A stretch of 63,804 nt of DNA, counting the filler, from Reticulomyxa filosa (lineage: Eukaryota; Protista; Foraminifera): NCBI GenBank assembly GCA_000512085.1. It is 24 parts of 24 records of this genome, joined end to end, with 100 filler letters (N's around TTAATTAATTAA, not from the genome) between each part and the next. Parts side by side here need not be neighbours in the genome. Positions count along the whole stretch, not along the records: positions 22,349 to 28,434 come from ASPP01003106.1; positions 28,535 to 29,611 come from ASPP01005290.1; positions 29,712 to 38,145 come from ASPP01018208.1; positions 38,246 to 39,787 come from ASPP01018229.1; 20 more parts are not named here. The stretch is one strand, 5' to 3'. Each line of letters starts with the position of its first letter. The stretch's first letter is position 1. Under the pieces are notes generated by a model. The model was not told the origin of the DNA and did no database searches. It worked only from the letters and a program-made list of their open reading frames with translations. This document shows, piece after piece, positions 27,391 through 39,887 of this stretch. The translations under genes and the position numbers were made by a program.

Positions 27391-28082
27391 CAAATATAAT
27401 TTTTTTCTGCACTTTCCACCTTCTACACACAAGGATAAGATCCCTTTTTGTGTTTTCCTTTTGCAATAAATTCCAAAGCACCTTTGTTTGCCACGCTAAG
27501 GCAATAGCTCACAGCGATGGTCATAGACGTCGCACCCAAAACAAAATCAACTTTGCAGCAAGGAAAGGCAGCACGCTGGAACAATCCCAAGATTTGCCAC
27601 TGCGTTTTCAAAAATGCAATGTTTAATCTTCTTCGATCGACAGTTTTATGCACCATCATTGCAAATCCTCTTTTAGCAACTCCATTTTAAAGTTTGTTCT
27701 TTTCTATATTAAAGCAATCCTTCTTGCCCATGCAATGTAATATTATGATACTCGATTGCATCCTAAATACTCTTGTACTGCAAGCTTCGTAACGATATAA
27801 CATCTGATCTTTGGTGCACCAAAATATTCAAACGCAATAATTCACATCTTCGATATGTTTTATCATTTTTTGCATAGCCATGTTTCAAAGTATTCACTTG
27901 GAATGCATTAAACAAAACAACATGTGCAAACGACTCATAAAATATGTACTTTATATTAAAGTAACATCTTCAAAAAATGCTTTTCTTAAAAATTACACAA
28001 AAATATATTTAAAACTTTTTTCAAACGTTTAGAAACAAATACTGACTCAAGTTACAAACTCAATATTCTTTCAAAGTTTTAT

Positions 28083-28200
28083 TTCTTTTGAATAATCAAT
28101 TATTTTGTTGAATAATCGATTATTCTTTTGAATAATCAATTATTTTGTTGAATAATCGATTATTCTTTTGAATAATCAATTATTTTGTTGAATAATCGAT
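28083..28200. repeat. tandem array, 3 x 40 bp built from alternating 20-bp palindromic subunits
   Basis: (TTCTTTTGAATAATCAATTA TTTTGTTGAATAATCGATTA) x3. Confidence 0.95.
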
Positions 28201-28202
28201 CC

Positions 28203-28317
28203 AAAAAAAAAGAAAAAAAGACAAAAGAGCAAAAGTAATAGTTTTTATCTGGCGTCGTAGAACGACGCCAGATATAAACTTTTACTTTCGCTCTTTTCCC
28301 TTTTTTTCTTTTTTTTT
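28203..28317. repeat. ~115-bp imperfect palindrome, copy 2 (opposite orientation to copy 1)
   Basis: Core TATCTGGCGTCGT-AGA-ACGACGCCAGATA (28246-28274) with complementary A-rich and T-rich arms. Confidence 0.9.
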
Positions 28318-28609
28318 AAATTATTTTTAAGAACTTTTTTTGATGATATTATTGTTCCTTTTTTTGAATGTTTGTTATATATTTTTGTGATTTGCATGTA
28401 TGTTATGCTTTGTTACTTGTAAATATTTTTTTTTNNNNNNNNNNNNNNNNNNNNNNNNNNNNNNNNNNNNNNNNNNNNTTAATTAATTAANNNNNNNNNN
28501 NNNNNNNNNNNNNNNNNNNNNNNNNNNNNNNNNNATAATAATAATAATAATAATAAGGATATGAGTTATGTCATTATCACACATGCTTACGATGTAACAT
28601 TAAATGTAG

Positions 28610-29582
28610 ATATCATGAAGTTCTGTCCCAAATGCGGCAAAGAGTTGAAACAGGTCAAATCTGCGTCCAAACTGATGCTGCAGTCCAGCAAAGACCCTTC
28701 CAAGTCACCCTTGGACGTGCACTTTGAGGGGGCGGTGCACATGCCCAGCGGCGCATTTGCGCGCATCAAAGAAAAGTACTTGGTGTTGCACGGCAAGTTC
28801 TTGTACCAGTACAAGCGTCAGAAGAAGACTCTGCCCGAGTGCACGTTGTTCATTCAGGGCTACTTTGTCGAGGTGACGCAGGACAAGACGCGCATGCACA
28901 CGCATCCCGACAGCTGCTATTTGGTGAAACTGACACAGCCCAGGGGCTCGTCCGGAAAGCCTTTTTTTTTTCTATGTCGGACGCGAGCAGAGCGAACACT
29001 GGTGCGATGCACTCGAACGTGCCACGCATACTGTCGACATTCGCAAGTACTATGATATCAAAGACCAACTCGGCAAAGGCAGCTTTGCTCAGGTATTTCG
29101 CGCCGAGGAAAAACAGACCAATCGCATCGTCGCCGTCAAAGTCATCGAAAAGAAGGCCATCGACGGCAAACAAAAAGAGTACATTCGCGTCGAACTGTCG
29201 GTCATGAAGCTCGTTCGTCATCCCAACGTCGTCAAACTCGAAAATGTCTTTTGAGACTCGTAATCACATCTACTTGGTCATGCCTCTGTACTGCGGCGAC
29301 TTGTACGAATATATGAAAGCCAATGCCAGACAAGGCATTCTCGAGGAACAGAGTCGTGTCTTGATCTGGAGTGTCCTCAATGCTCTTCGCTACTTGCATG
29401 GTCTCGGCATCGTACATCGCGATCTCAAACCCGAAAATCTGCTCCTCAAACGTCCCAAAGACCCCACCGACGTCGCTATCACCGATTTCGGTCTTTCCAA
29501 GTTTGCTTCCGCTGGGGAACAAATGCAAGCTGCTTGTGGCACCTTGTCTTATGTAGCACCAGAAGTGTTACGAATGGAAGGA
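28610..29582 (+). CDS. partial PH-domain CAMK-group Ser/Thr kinase, two homopolymer frameshifts
   Basis: PH: KEKYLVLHGKFLYQYK...WCDALE. Kinase: LGKGSFAQV, VAVKVI, HRDLKPEN, DFG, CGTLSYVAPE. Confidence 0.9.
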
Positions 29583-29711
29583 GTTATATATATATATGTA
29601 TATACATTTTANNNNNNNNNNNNNNNNNNNNNNNNNNNNNNNNNNNNNNNNNNNNTTAATTAATTAANNNNNNNNNNNNNNNNNNNNNNNNNNNNNNNNN
29701 NNNNNNNNNNN

Positions 29712-30811
29712 CCATGACCACCATGACCATGATCACGATCATCACAGTCATGATGATCATCATGACAGTGATAGCAGCAGCAGCAGCAGCAGCAGTGAGT
29801 ATTGGGGCAGTCATCACTGGGAGGAAAACATCCAGGGTGACTTAAAGTATTGGAGAAAAGGACACAGCGATGGCTACAGCGCAGATGAAAACTCCGGAAA
29901 ACATAGACACAACTCTCCGCAACCACTTCCATGGCACAATTGCTTGACAAAAGATGGAGTGTATCCCGATTTCATGTGCGACAGCGTCTGCGACCATATC
30001 GAAAATGTGGAGTGGGGCATTATGTTTGTAAACCGCACGTACGACATTGTGCGCGATTTGACCAGCTTCTTTTATCGCGTAAACACGCTCGCCATACCTC
30101 CACCAGTGCACTGCATGCCTATGGGCCAGCCAGTAATGCTGAGCGATGTTGTCATTAGCGTCGGCTGTGACTGCTCGTTGTTGCCATTCCACGCGCAATA
30201 CTTGCAAGAAATTACCATTGACATGCAACCCAAAGGACATATCTTTGACACGTACTGGTATTGGAGTGTAAGTGTTGATCTTGGACAGTCTGAGATTGTC
30301 GAAATTGTATTGAAGGGAAATGTCCCCAGCACTTGCAATGGACAAGCGACGCTGGGTGGATGGAGTCGCTGCGCCACACAGAGGTATCTGCCTGTACCTG
30401 ACCCTTGTGCAAACCCTTGTCTTCAGGGCCAATTCACTCCATGGTTTAATGTCGGATCTTGCAGCAAATCTTGGTATGCACACTTTTTTTTAATACAAAA
30501 AAAACGTTTATGCACACACATACATTTATATATGTACACATACATTTACATATATGTACATATATAAATGCATATGAATATATATATGATTTGATGTGTC
30601 GTATTAAATAGCGGTGACGGATTTCAAGAGCAACGTCGCAAGTGTGTATCTGCCTGTGACAGTAACGTACCTGTTGGCAATTGTTTGGGTGAATCTCGCA
30701 GCTTTGTACGTTGCAATAATGGTCCTTGCGGCGGTGTTTCACCTGTTTGGAGTCCATAGTTCCCCTTTCTATAACACTTGGCATTTTTTTAAAAAAAATC
30801 CTCCATTCTGA
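29712..30811 (+). CDS. 5'-partial His/Asp-rich, Cys-rich protein with C-terminal hydrophobic segment
   Basis: HDHHDHDHDHHSHDDHHD..., Cys-rich ORF 29944-30473, intron, final exon VTYLLAIVWVNLAALYVAIMVLAAVF. Confidence 0.6.
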
Positions 30812-31308
30812 TTAATTGTAGTCTTTTTTTTTATAATTTTTTGTCGGGATTGTTTTTCTTCCGTCAAAAAAAAATTTGACTTGTGTCAACATCTGTATTT
30901 TTGTTGTATTTTTATTAGTTTTTGGTTTGATGAGCGTTGACTTGAATGGCTGAGTGTTTTGGCTATTCATCCTTTTTCATTATCTTTTACACATTTTTTT
31001 CTCAAATTCAGTTTGAATGAAACTTTGTTTCCTCCAATTCTGCAATATAAAAAAATTTTTTGGCATATCTGTGGTCCAACACTTCCGCATCAATAATGAA
31101 GACTTAACCAAGAAATTACATTTGCAACTGCGTTAATTGTGTGAAGTGTACAATGACAATAAAAAACAGTGGAGAAGTTTTTGAACAAAAAAAATTTCAC
31201 AGTTTTCTGGAAATTTGTTACTTTTTGTTGATTCCCTTCAAATAGCAAAAGTTCTTTTTTGGAGGGGAACTTCTTCAAAAAAAAGAAAATCGAACTTATA
31301 AATAAATA

Positions 31309-33867
31309 ATGAGTGCGGTGGATGATTGCTGGAAGACAGATCCCATTGCAGATTTAAATCTAAGTGATTCAGAGTTAGATCTGCAAAAAGTAATAATTGC
31401 CTCACATGAGGAAGACTTGGTAGGGTTATGGAACAGTGACGATGGGATAGAGGAAATGTTCCAAAGCCTAAGTGACGACAACAGTAACAATGACAAGAAA
31501 GGACAAAAGGACAAAAATGAGAAAGAGAGAGAGCGCGAGAAGCCACAAGAGCAAGGAAAAGAAATAGAGAAAAAGAAGAAATTTGAGTACGACAGTGCAA
31601 TGGCAATGGATATAAACAGCGACGATGAGGACGTAGACGTGATAAAGCTGCTTCAACTGAGCAAAGAGCGCGCCAAAGAAGAATTGGAAAAGCAAAGCAA
31701 TGAAAGAAAGAAAAGAGAGGAATTATTGAAAAAGAGTCAGAGCAAGAGTAGTAGCAAAAGACAAAGGAGAAGAAGAAAAAAGGGACAGAAAGAGAATATT
31801 GTTTTCGAAAACGAAGAAGATGAAGAAAAAGAAAAAAAAAAAGAAAAAGGAAAAGAAGAAGAAGAAGTGAAAGAAAAAGAAAATGAAAAAGAAAAAGGAA
31901 AAGAAGACGAAAGAACAATAACAGAAAGTAAAATACTAAAAAACTGCAAAGATGTGATATGTCCAATATGCTTTATGGAGAACGTGGACATAATTGAACT
32001 GCTCAATTGCAAGCACGTCGTTTGTTGTGACTGTTTGGTCAAGTATCTCATGGTTGACTTGAAAAACATTAACAAATATCCGTTTGCTTGTTTTCACAAT
32101 CAATGCGACAAAATACTCCACGATATTGACGTCAGGCATACTCTTCTCCACTATTCCCCCGACCCATCTGTCGGAGCAGTTCTGACACTTACACACACAC
32201 ATACAAATACGCATACACATACGCATACACATACGCGTGCATATGCGCATGTTCTACAAATGTAAATATTACATTTTAATTACCTTAAAAAAAAAAAAAA
32301 AGGAAAGTTTGGCCACGTATGAAAAGTTTTCGGTACTGTGTGCGTTGCCAGAACATCAAAGAGATGAGTGTCCTCGATGCCATAACATATTTTTCGTGGA
32401 AGATCAACACGCTCGATCGTCGGTGATCAATCCCAGTGTACGTCCATGGAAACGTCCAAGAGAACAAAAGAAATGCCCTTCCAAATATTGTGACGTGGAG
32501 TTTATTCCCTCTGCTTCATCATCATCATCGTCATCATCGTCATCATCAGTAACGTCAGCAACTTCTTCGACAACCTCCGCGTCGATATTGTCCACCACCG
32601 CGGCAGCAATAGCGACAGCAGCAACGACAGCAGCAACGACAATAAGCACTATAGGCACGACAAATACGACAAACACGACAAACACGACAAACACGACAAA
32701 TACGACAAACGCCACAAACACAACAGGCACAGCAACGCATGTCAATTGTCGCATTTGTGGCGATGTGTATTGCAATCTTTGCTGTCGATTTCGTGTGCCT
32801 TTGCAAGCTTGCTCCAAACCGTATATTGTATATCTGTTGAAAAACATGTACGAAAAGCAAGTGGCACAAGCGAACAAAACACAAAAGCCGTTCTTCACTT
32901 GGTTCTTGTCCTCGGGATCTGCCCCCTCCAAAGATATCGTCTCATCCAAGCCATTGCGTTTGGACTCACAACAAGTCAAACAAACACTCCTGCTGCGAAT
33001 GAAGAATCGACAAGTGCAATTCGAAGACGGGGACAATGTATTTGATACTACACAATTACATGGATGGTGGGACTTGGCACCCTTTGGTTTTATTTTATAT
33101 ATACACATATGTATATATTTATTTATTCATTCAATTGCGTATGCATATAATGAATAGAATGCAACAGCAACAATAATAAGGTAATTGAAAAAATCGACTT
33201 GTTCGATTTCGAACAAATAATCGATGAAATCACTGTTCCCAGCTGCTTGCAATGTTTCGTTCGCTATCATCGCAGTGTGTGTCCTGAATGTGGCTACGAA
33301 TACTGCAGCCAATGCCGACAACGATACCATCAGATCCTTACCAATCCCAGTGATGTTTGTCCCTCATTCCAACTGCAAGTTGACCCTGCCCGCAAGAAAA
33401 TAGATCAAGAGCAAATCAAATTGACTCGAGAATTCATCTCCAAACAAGTTTTGGCATACACACATCTCACTTATTATATACACTTATATATACATATACA
33501 TCTACGTATATATGACATTGAAAAATAGGACTGGAGTCGGTGTCCTGGATGCAAGGCCATAGTACAGAAAACTGAAGGCTGCAATCACATGACACATAGC
33601 AATTGTGCCCATCCCAGCGAGGCTGCCAACAAAGAAACGCACTTTTGCTACTGCTGTGGAGATGTACTCACCGGCAGTTCACACAACATGGAAAGCGACG
33701 GAACCACTCTGCATTTTCCTGATGGGGTTTTTAAAAATTGTCGGAAAGTAATCTCCAACTCCAATCCAAAAAAAGTTCTCCTGACCCAATTCTTTGATGC
33801 TGATACCAACACTACCACTGATCAAAATCTTCTCAAAAACAAAGAAGAAATTTGTCGACCCATGTGA
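31309..33867 (+). CDS. RBR (RING1-IBR-RING2) E3 ubiquitin ligase with FYVE-like insertion and UIM-like motifs
   Basis: RING1 CPICF..CKHVVCCDC..C..C; IBR CPRC...CPECGYEYCSQCRQRYH..C; RING2 CPGCKAIVQKTEGCNHMTH..C..HFCYCC. Three introns. Confidence 0.88.
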
Positions 33868-34405
33868 TTCTTTCTTTTTTTTTTTGTTTGTTTGTTGTTG
33901 AGGAAGAAGGAGTGGGGATTTTTTTGGTAAAATGCGCTCACTTGATTTGAATCTCCAACAGAAATGCAATAAAGAGTATCTTTTTTTGTGGTGAATTGTT
34001 TGTTTTAGACAAAGTATCGTTCATTGATCAACAGTTCTTTCTCACGTTTCCGAATATTGTTTTTATGTATATCTCACAAATTCTTAAATTTGTTGACACT
34101 ATGTATTTGCAAATTCATAATTGTGGAAGGACGCTCGTGTTTTGTCAGAGAGGGAGGGGAGACAATGTTCAATGGTGGATATAAAACAGCAATTGTTGAA
34201 ACATTTATTATGAAACTGGGATAAATAGTGCAACTATTTAACATATTGATCAACAATCCCAAACTTAGTCACAAAGTAAAAGATTGACTAGTATGGAATT
34301 TGGCTTGTATATTCCTGTGATAGTTAAGTGTTCCTTTTGCTAAAGAAAGAAGAAAATGGATTGACCTTGAATATGTGTGTATGTGGGAATGAAAAGGTAG
34401 AAGAA

Positions 34406-37392
34406 ATGTCAAAGGTGAACAGAATGCTAGACGATGATTGTTATATGGAGATAATGGAATGGTTGAACCAAAAAGTAATCGAACCGCCTTATCAGTCAAG
34501 AAAAAGAAGAGGGAGACAAAACGGCGGGAAAGAAACAAAACAAAACAAAAAAATAGACAAAAATGGTTTGTGTCGTTTACACAAATAGTCGGAGATAGAA
34601 ACATTTTTTCAAAAGAAATTGGCGAAAGAAAATGAAGATGTGGAAATGAAAGAATTTGTAGAAAATTTGAAAGAAGTGAAGGTGGATTTGTCCATCAAAG
34701 ACATCAAGACATTGTTTCGTTATATTCGACTATGTAAGGGTGACACAAGAGAAGATACGAGTGGCGAAGAAGATGACGATGATGACGAAGACGATAATGA
34801 CGATGGTGATGTCATATCAATGGAAGAGTTTACACTGTTTTTTTTAACGCAATGGACCAATGATCAACTCAAACGACTACAAAATGTCGTTTTAGCGAAA
34901 GTTTTGTTTTTGCAAAAAAAGAAAAGAAAAAAAAATTGGAATGATTTGGAGGATCACTATGAGTAAGCAAGCACAAAAAAAAAAGAAAGAAAACAAAAGT
35001 GTCAATCCCATAACAATCTTCCATTTCCACAAGTGTAAATACTTAGAATTATTAATCGTATGTGTTGTGTTGTGTTGTGTTGTGTGATATTGTATTATCT
35101 TGAAATGATAAAACGTTGACGATGATGGGACATTAGATCAAAGGTGAAATTGAATTGCCACATGTAAAATTATAATTATGTGTTAATATAATATGTCATG
35201 TGTTTTTTATAATCCAAGAGAAGTGATCAAAACAAATCCAAGTAAAAAACTTGGAATAAATTAAATAATTTTTTTTTAAAAAAAAAAAAAAAAAGAAGTA
35301 AAAGCGAGAGTCGAAGTAGTCGCTTAATAAAAAACATGAACTCATTGAAAGATGTAGATCCAAAAGAAATTGCGGAAGAAACGAAAGATATGAGAGACCA
35401 ATTGCATCAATTGACAGCACGTGAAAGCCAAGTTGTGCGTGACAAAGAAAACCTGCTTAATCAATTCCGTCATTACCAATCCACTCCACGACACAACCTT
35501 GATGATGTTATATACACATATACATATATAAATTATATATGTACATATGTATATGTATCGAGTATACGGACTTTACAAATTGATTGTTTGTTTTGTATGT
35601 GTGTGTATTGCAAACAGAGAAGCGCAAATGAATGGAACAAATGGGAAGTAGCGACAAGACTTAGCAAGGAGGGACTCGACGAGTATGTCACTGCATTTTT
35701 AATGAAAAATATCGACGGCGGAGTGTTCTTGTTTGACTTAACCGATGACTTGTTGCTTTCTGAAATCGGCGTCAAGAAAATCCATTTGCCGAAATTTCGT
35801 CGCATCATTGATCACTTGAAACACACCTCGCGTCGAGTTTGGGATCAGCAAATCATTCCCATTGCTGCATTTACCCCTGGTATGGCAGTTGCTTTTTTTT
35901 TTTTTTTTATGTTGGTTGATTTGTTTCATTCAAGTCTTTTATATTTACAAAAAAAAAAAAAAGATGAAAATGAACGACTGGTACTGCAATTGCAACAAAT
36001 GAAACAAGAAAAACAAGAAATGCAAAATGAAATCAATCGACTGCAAAAAGAGCTCGATCTATCGTATTCGATCATTGAACAAGTTGAAAGTGCTTTGTTT
36101 GTACACAATTTGTTTGAAACAGCCAAGTTCAAATAAACTCAAAAAAAAAGGGAAATTTGGAAATTGGAAAGTTGGAAGTGAACTCGTCTTTTGACGAGTT
36201 GCAAGAAATGCCAGAGCCGGACCAATACAACACAAATCCATCGATGGCGTTAATGGTCGCAAATAATACACAAAGGACTGGCAGTCGACGAAGCACGGAG
36301 TGGTGGTGGACAACACCCAGTGGTCCTGCCAGCGTTCCACCCGAACTATCTCGTGGCGTTCAACGATCTCACACCGACCGTTTTGTATTGTATTTCTTTA
36401 TTTTTTGCTCGCTTGCTTGTTTTGAGTTAAAAAAAAAAAAATTCAATGGAATAATCTCATACTGGACAAATGCAAATGACATCCTAGCGCTTGCAGAAAG
36501 ACCACGTCGTTGGGTCTCTGAACTTTTGCCAATGACTTCGTGGACGCGCTATTCTCCGACAAAGCTGCACGTACAACAAGTCCTGCAGGAACAAAGACAA
36601 GAACAAGAGCAAAGAAAAGAACATGCATTGGTGAATTGGAGACATGACACAGGTACACATAGAAGCAATGGAGATGTGTCACGCGCAAGAAATACGCTGA
36701 TGTATCGATCGTCGAGACGAACAAAAAGTGAAACACACACGCCGTTGATCGGATCCACAGCATGGTGGGATAACATTGTACGGAAAGCTCGATCCAATCA
36801 ACGGTTTGCCCACGAAGCCTTTGCGCAAGAATGGACGACCGAAGAGGTGGCCTATTGGTTGAAACGAGTGCACTTGGAAGAATACGTGCCACAATTCGTT
36901 CAAGAACATGTCAATGGAGAAATGCTCTTGAAAGACTTTGATATGAATATGATTGCCCAACATTTGAAAGTCAAACCATTACATTGCAAACCATTAATGC
37001 GACACATTGAAAAGCTTCGAATGGTTACTTCTTTTTTTTTTTTCTTCTTCTTCTGAAAACTACAACTCTTTGGAACATGTTAATACACAGGTACAGACCA
37101 ATGTCAATACCGCAAATACACCAGTTGAAACTGTATCTTTTGTTTCAATGCCTCGACGAATGATGCTGTTATTATTCTTGTCATCTCTTTTTATCTCCAG
37201 CTGTAGAGAATGTCTTGCGGTCATTGCCTATGGCTTCAAATACTTATTTCAACAATTCATATTCACACCTTTGGCAAAAGTAAGCCTTCGCATTTGAAAT
37301 ACTCTCACTGTATTTGCCGTGTGTGTGTGTGCAATCGTTGGTTTTTTTTTCTCCAGAATATATATCTTTGTTTTCAAACAGCCTCCCTTTGA
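34406..37392 (+). CDS. EF-hand + two SAM domains + C-terminal hydrophobic tail, multi-exon
   Basis: EF-like DGDVISMEEF; SAM1 WNKWEVA..GLDEYV.AF..NIDG..LTDD.L..IGV; SAM2 WTTEEVAYWL..LEEYV.QF..HVNGEML. Confidence 0.75.
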
Positions 37393-38245
37393 ATTGTGTT
37401 GTCTTCGTTTGTCTTTGAATGCCTATGATTGTCCTCTGGTTTGAAGATCAAAACTTTTTTAATCACAGTTTAACAATTTTTTTTTTCTTGGTTTTTCGTT
37501 GGATAATTCTCTCTGTTTGTAATCTTGACTCACTTGCTGTGCATTCATTATTGTGATTGCTTGTCTGTTTTATCTTATTTGTAGCATTTTGTCAGATCAG
37601 ATTTGAATTTTACCGCAACTTTGTTTTTCCGGTCATTCACATTGAACCAAGTTATTATAGTTTGTGTTCAAAAAGGACGTTTTTCAACTTGTAGCACTTT
37701 TAAATCATTAACAAAATTTTATTGTGTGGTATGAAACGATTATCATTAAAACAAAGCTAGAGTAAATAAACTAAAGATGGTCTCATAAACTCCCTTTTTT
37801 TAAACAATTATTTGTCTTCAAATATTGACAACACACAAGCCTTGAAACACTGTCAATTGCGCTTAGTTTTTTGTGATTGTCATGATTTTGGGAAAGTACT
37901 GAAAAATTTTCCAGACAGTAAAAAAGTTGGAAGACATTCAAGACAGGGAATATTTTCTAGGGGTCAAACTTTTGTCCCTTGTTAATAAGAAAAAGCGATT
38001 CGAGTATGGAAATGATATTGGATATTGTAGTACTCATGATGTCGTAATAAGTAGTTCTCGCACTACAAGTGAACTTTGGAACCCTTTATTCGAGCAACAC
38101 ACTACTCACTTTCACAACTTGTCTTTTCTCTTTCACTTGTTGAACNNNNNNNNNNNNNNNNNNNNNNNNNNNNNNNNNNNNNNNNNNNNTTAATTAATTA
38201 ANNNNNNNNNNNNNNNNNNNNNNNNNNNNNNNNNNNNNNNNNNNN

Positions 38246-38402
38246 GATACACCTCGTGATTATCTGTGTCAGTCGCGACCGAATGAGAGTTACGGACTGT
38301 CGGACGACCAAATTTATCATATATTTGCTCCTCCCATGTCAACTCAATTTCACTACTTTCATTTTGATCATTTGATTGCTGGGCTTTGTGTTGTTTTGAC
38401 AT
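38246..38402 (-). CDS. probable kelch-repeat protein N-terminus, truncated
   Basis: LTWEEQI...GRPTVRNSHSVA...EVY fits the start of a kelch repeat (W..P.R..H). Confidence 0.5.
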
Positions 38403-39887
38403 TTGAATACTTTTATGAATTATAGCTTTTTTCCTTTTCGCACTGCCCCATTTCCAACTTTTTCTTCTTCAAAAGTCACGGCAGAAAAAAAAAGAATGCG
38501 TAAATGTTGGCAGTTATGTGAAATAAAAGCAAAAATAGTGTTTGCTTCTTTAAATCAAAAGAAATTTAATGAGCTGTTGCACTGTTTTTAAAGAAAAGTG
38601 CAAAATTTTTCAAATTAAGCAGTCTTTCTATTATAGTAATATCTTTTTGGAATTTGCTTGTTTTTTCTTTTTCTCATTTAAACACTTTGGTAATTGACAT
38701 TACTTTATACACATCTCCAATGCAAAGAAGCAAGAAATCTGTCGTATTAAGCAGTAAGCCTTTTATTTAGTTTGTTTGGCTGTTGATAGCTCTGAAAAGA
38801 AATAATACATCATGTTTGCTTTTTTAAATTTTCTATTATTCTTTATTTATCAATATATTCAAAAGTCATATATTCCTTGTAGAAAGGATTCTTCAAGACT
38901 GTCACTTCAAAAGAGGGTTGATTTGTTAGATTAAAGAACAAGAAAAAGTATATGATGTTGCATGAAAAGTTTTTAGTCAGTTAGGATCACGATCTGCTTT
39001 ATATATACATATTTTTTTTATTTAGAAAATGCAAGTCGCATATTAGCGCTAAACTTGCAAAACCAGTTTGCACACCTTATCCAAAAGGACACAGCGCACT
39101 AAAAAAACCAAAACAAAAATAATCAAAATTGTCAAACATGCCACATTACACTTATCTAGCAAACCAAATTAATGTGTTAATAAACAATAATTATGTTAAC
39201 AAAAAACTTAAAAAATCAATATAGATTATCAAAAGAATTTTGCATAATCATTTGAATACCACAATATGTGCTATTTATGGTGTATATGCTTGTAGGCAAG
39301 TCACTATTATATGTATCCGAACGTCAAGGAAACGGAGGAATCCAGTAAGTTAAACTTACTTTCTTAATTTTCTTTTGTTATCTTGTTTTATTATTTAAAT
39401 TTCTTTCGTTTTACGAAACCCCTATTCTCTTAGTAAACATCTATCGTATTACAGTTAGTGTACCAATACTATCAACCGACGTCCCACATGCTTCTCTTCA
39501 TAATGCTGTTGTCTAGCCTTTGCTCTTTTTGCATTTATAAGTCATGAAAAATTTAAAAAGAATTTGAAAAATAAATTATTAAATTGTAGGGCAAGTCCAT
39601 ACTATAGATGGTTGAACTATGAAATCTTTGATTAGCCTACAGTTGGCTAAATTTCTTCGCCAATTTTCTTATTGTTTTTGTTTTCTTTCTTTTATTGTGT
39701 TATTATCTTATTTGTTAATTAAATATTGTTTTATCGGAAGCAGTTTTCTTCGAGTAGAAAACTTTTTGTATTACATTTAGTGCAGCCNNNNNNNNNNNNN
39801 NNNNNNNNNNNNNNNNNNNNNNNNNNNNNNNTTAATTAATTAANNNNNNNNNNNNNNNNNNNNNNNNNNNNNNNNNNNNNNNNNNNN

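Noticed and set aside
27423-27900. Minus-strand coding-like stretch between the retroelement and the tandem array
   Set aside because: Interrupted by stops, with no motif I can recognise.
28083-28200. CRISPR array
   Set aside because: No unique spacers, no cas genes, eukaryotic context.
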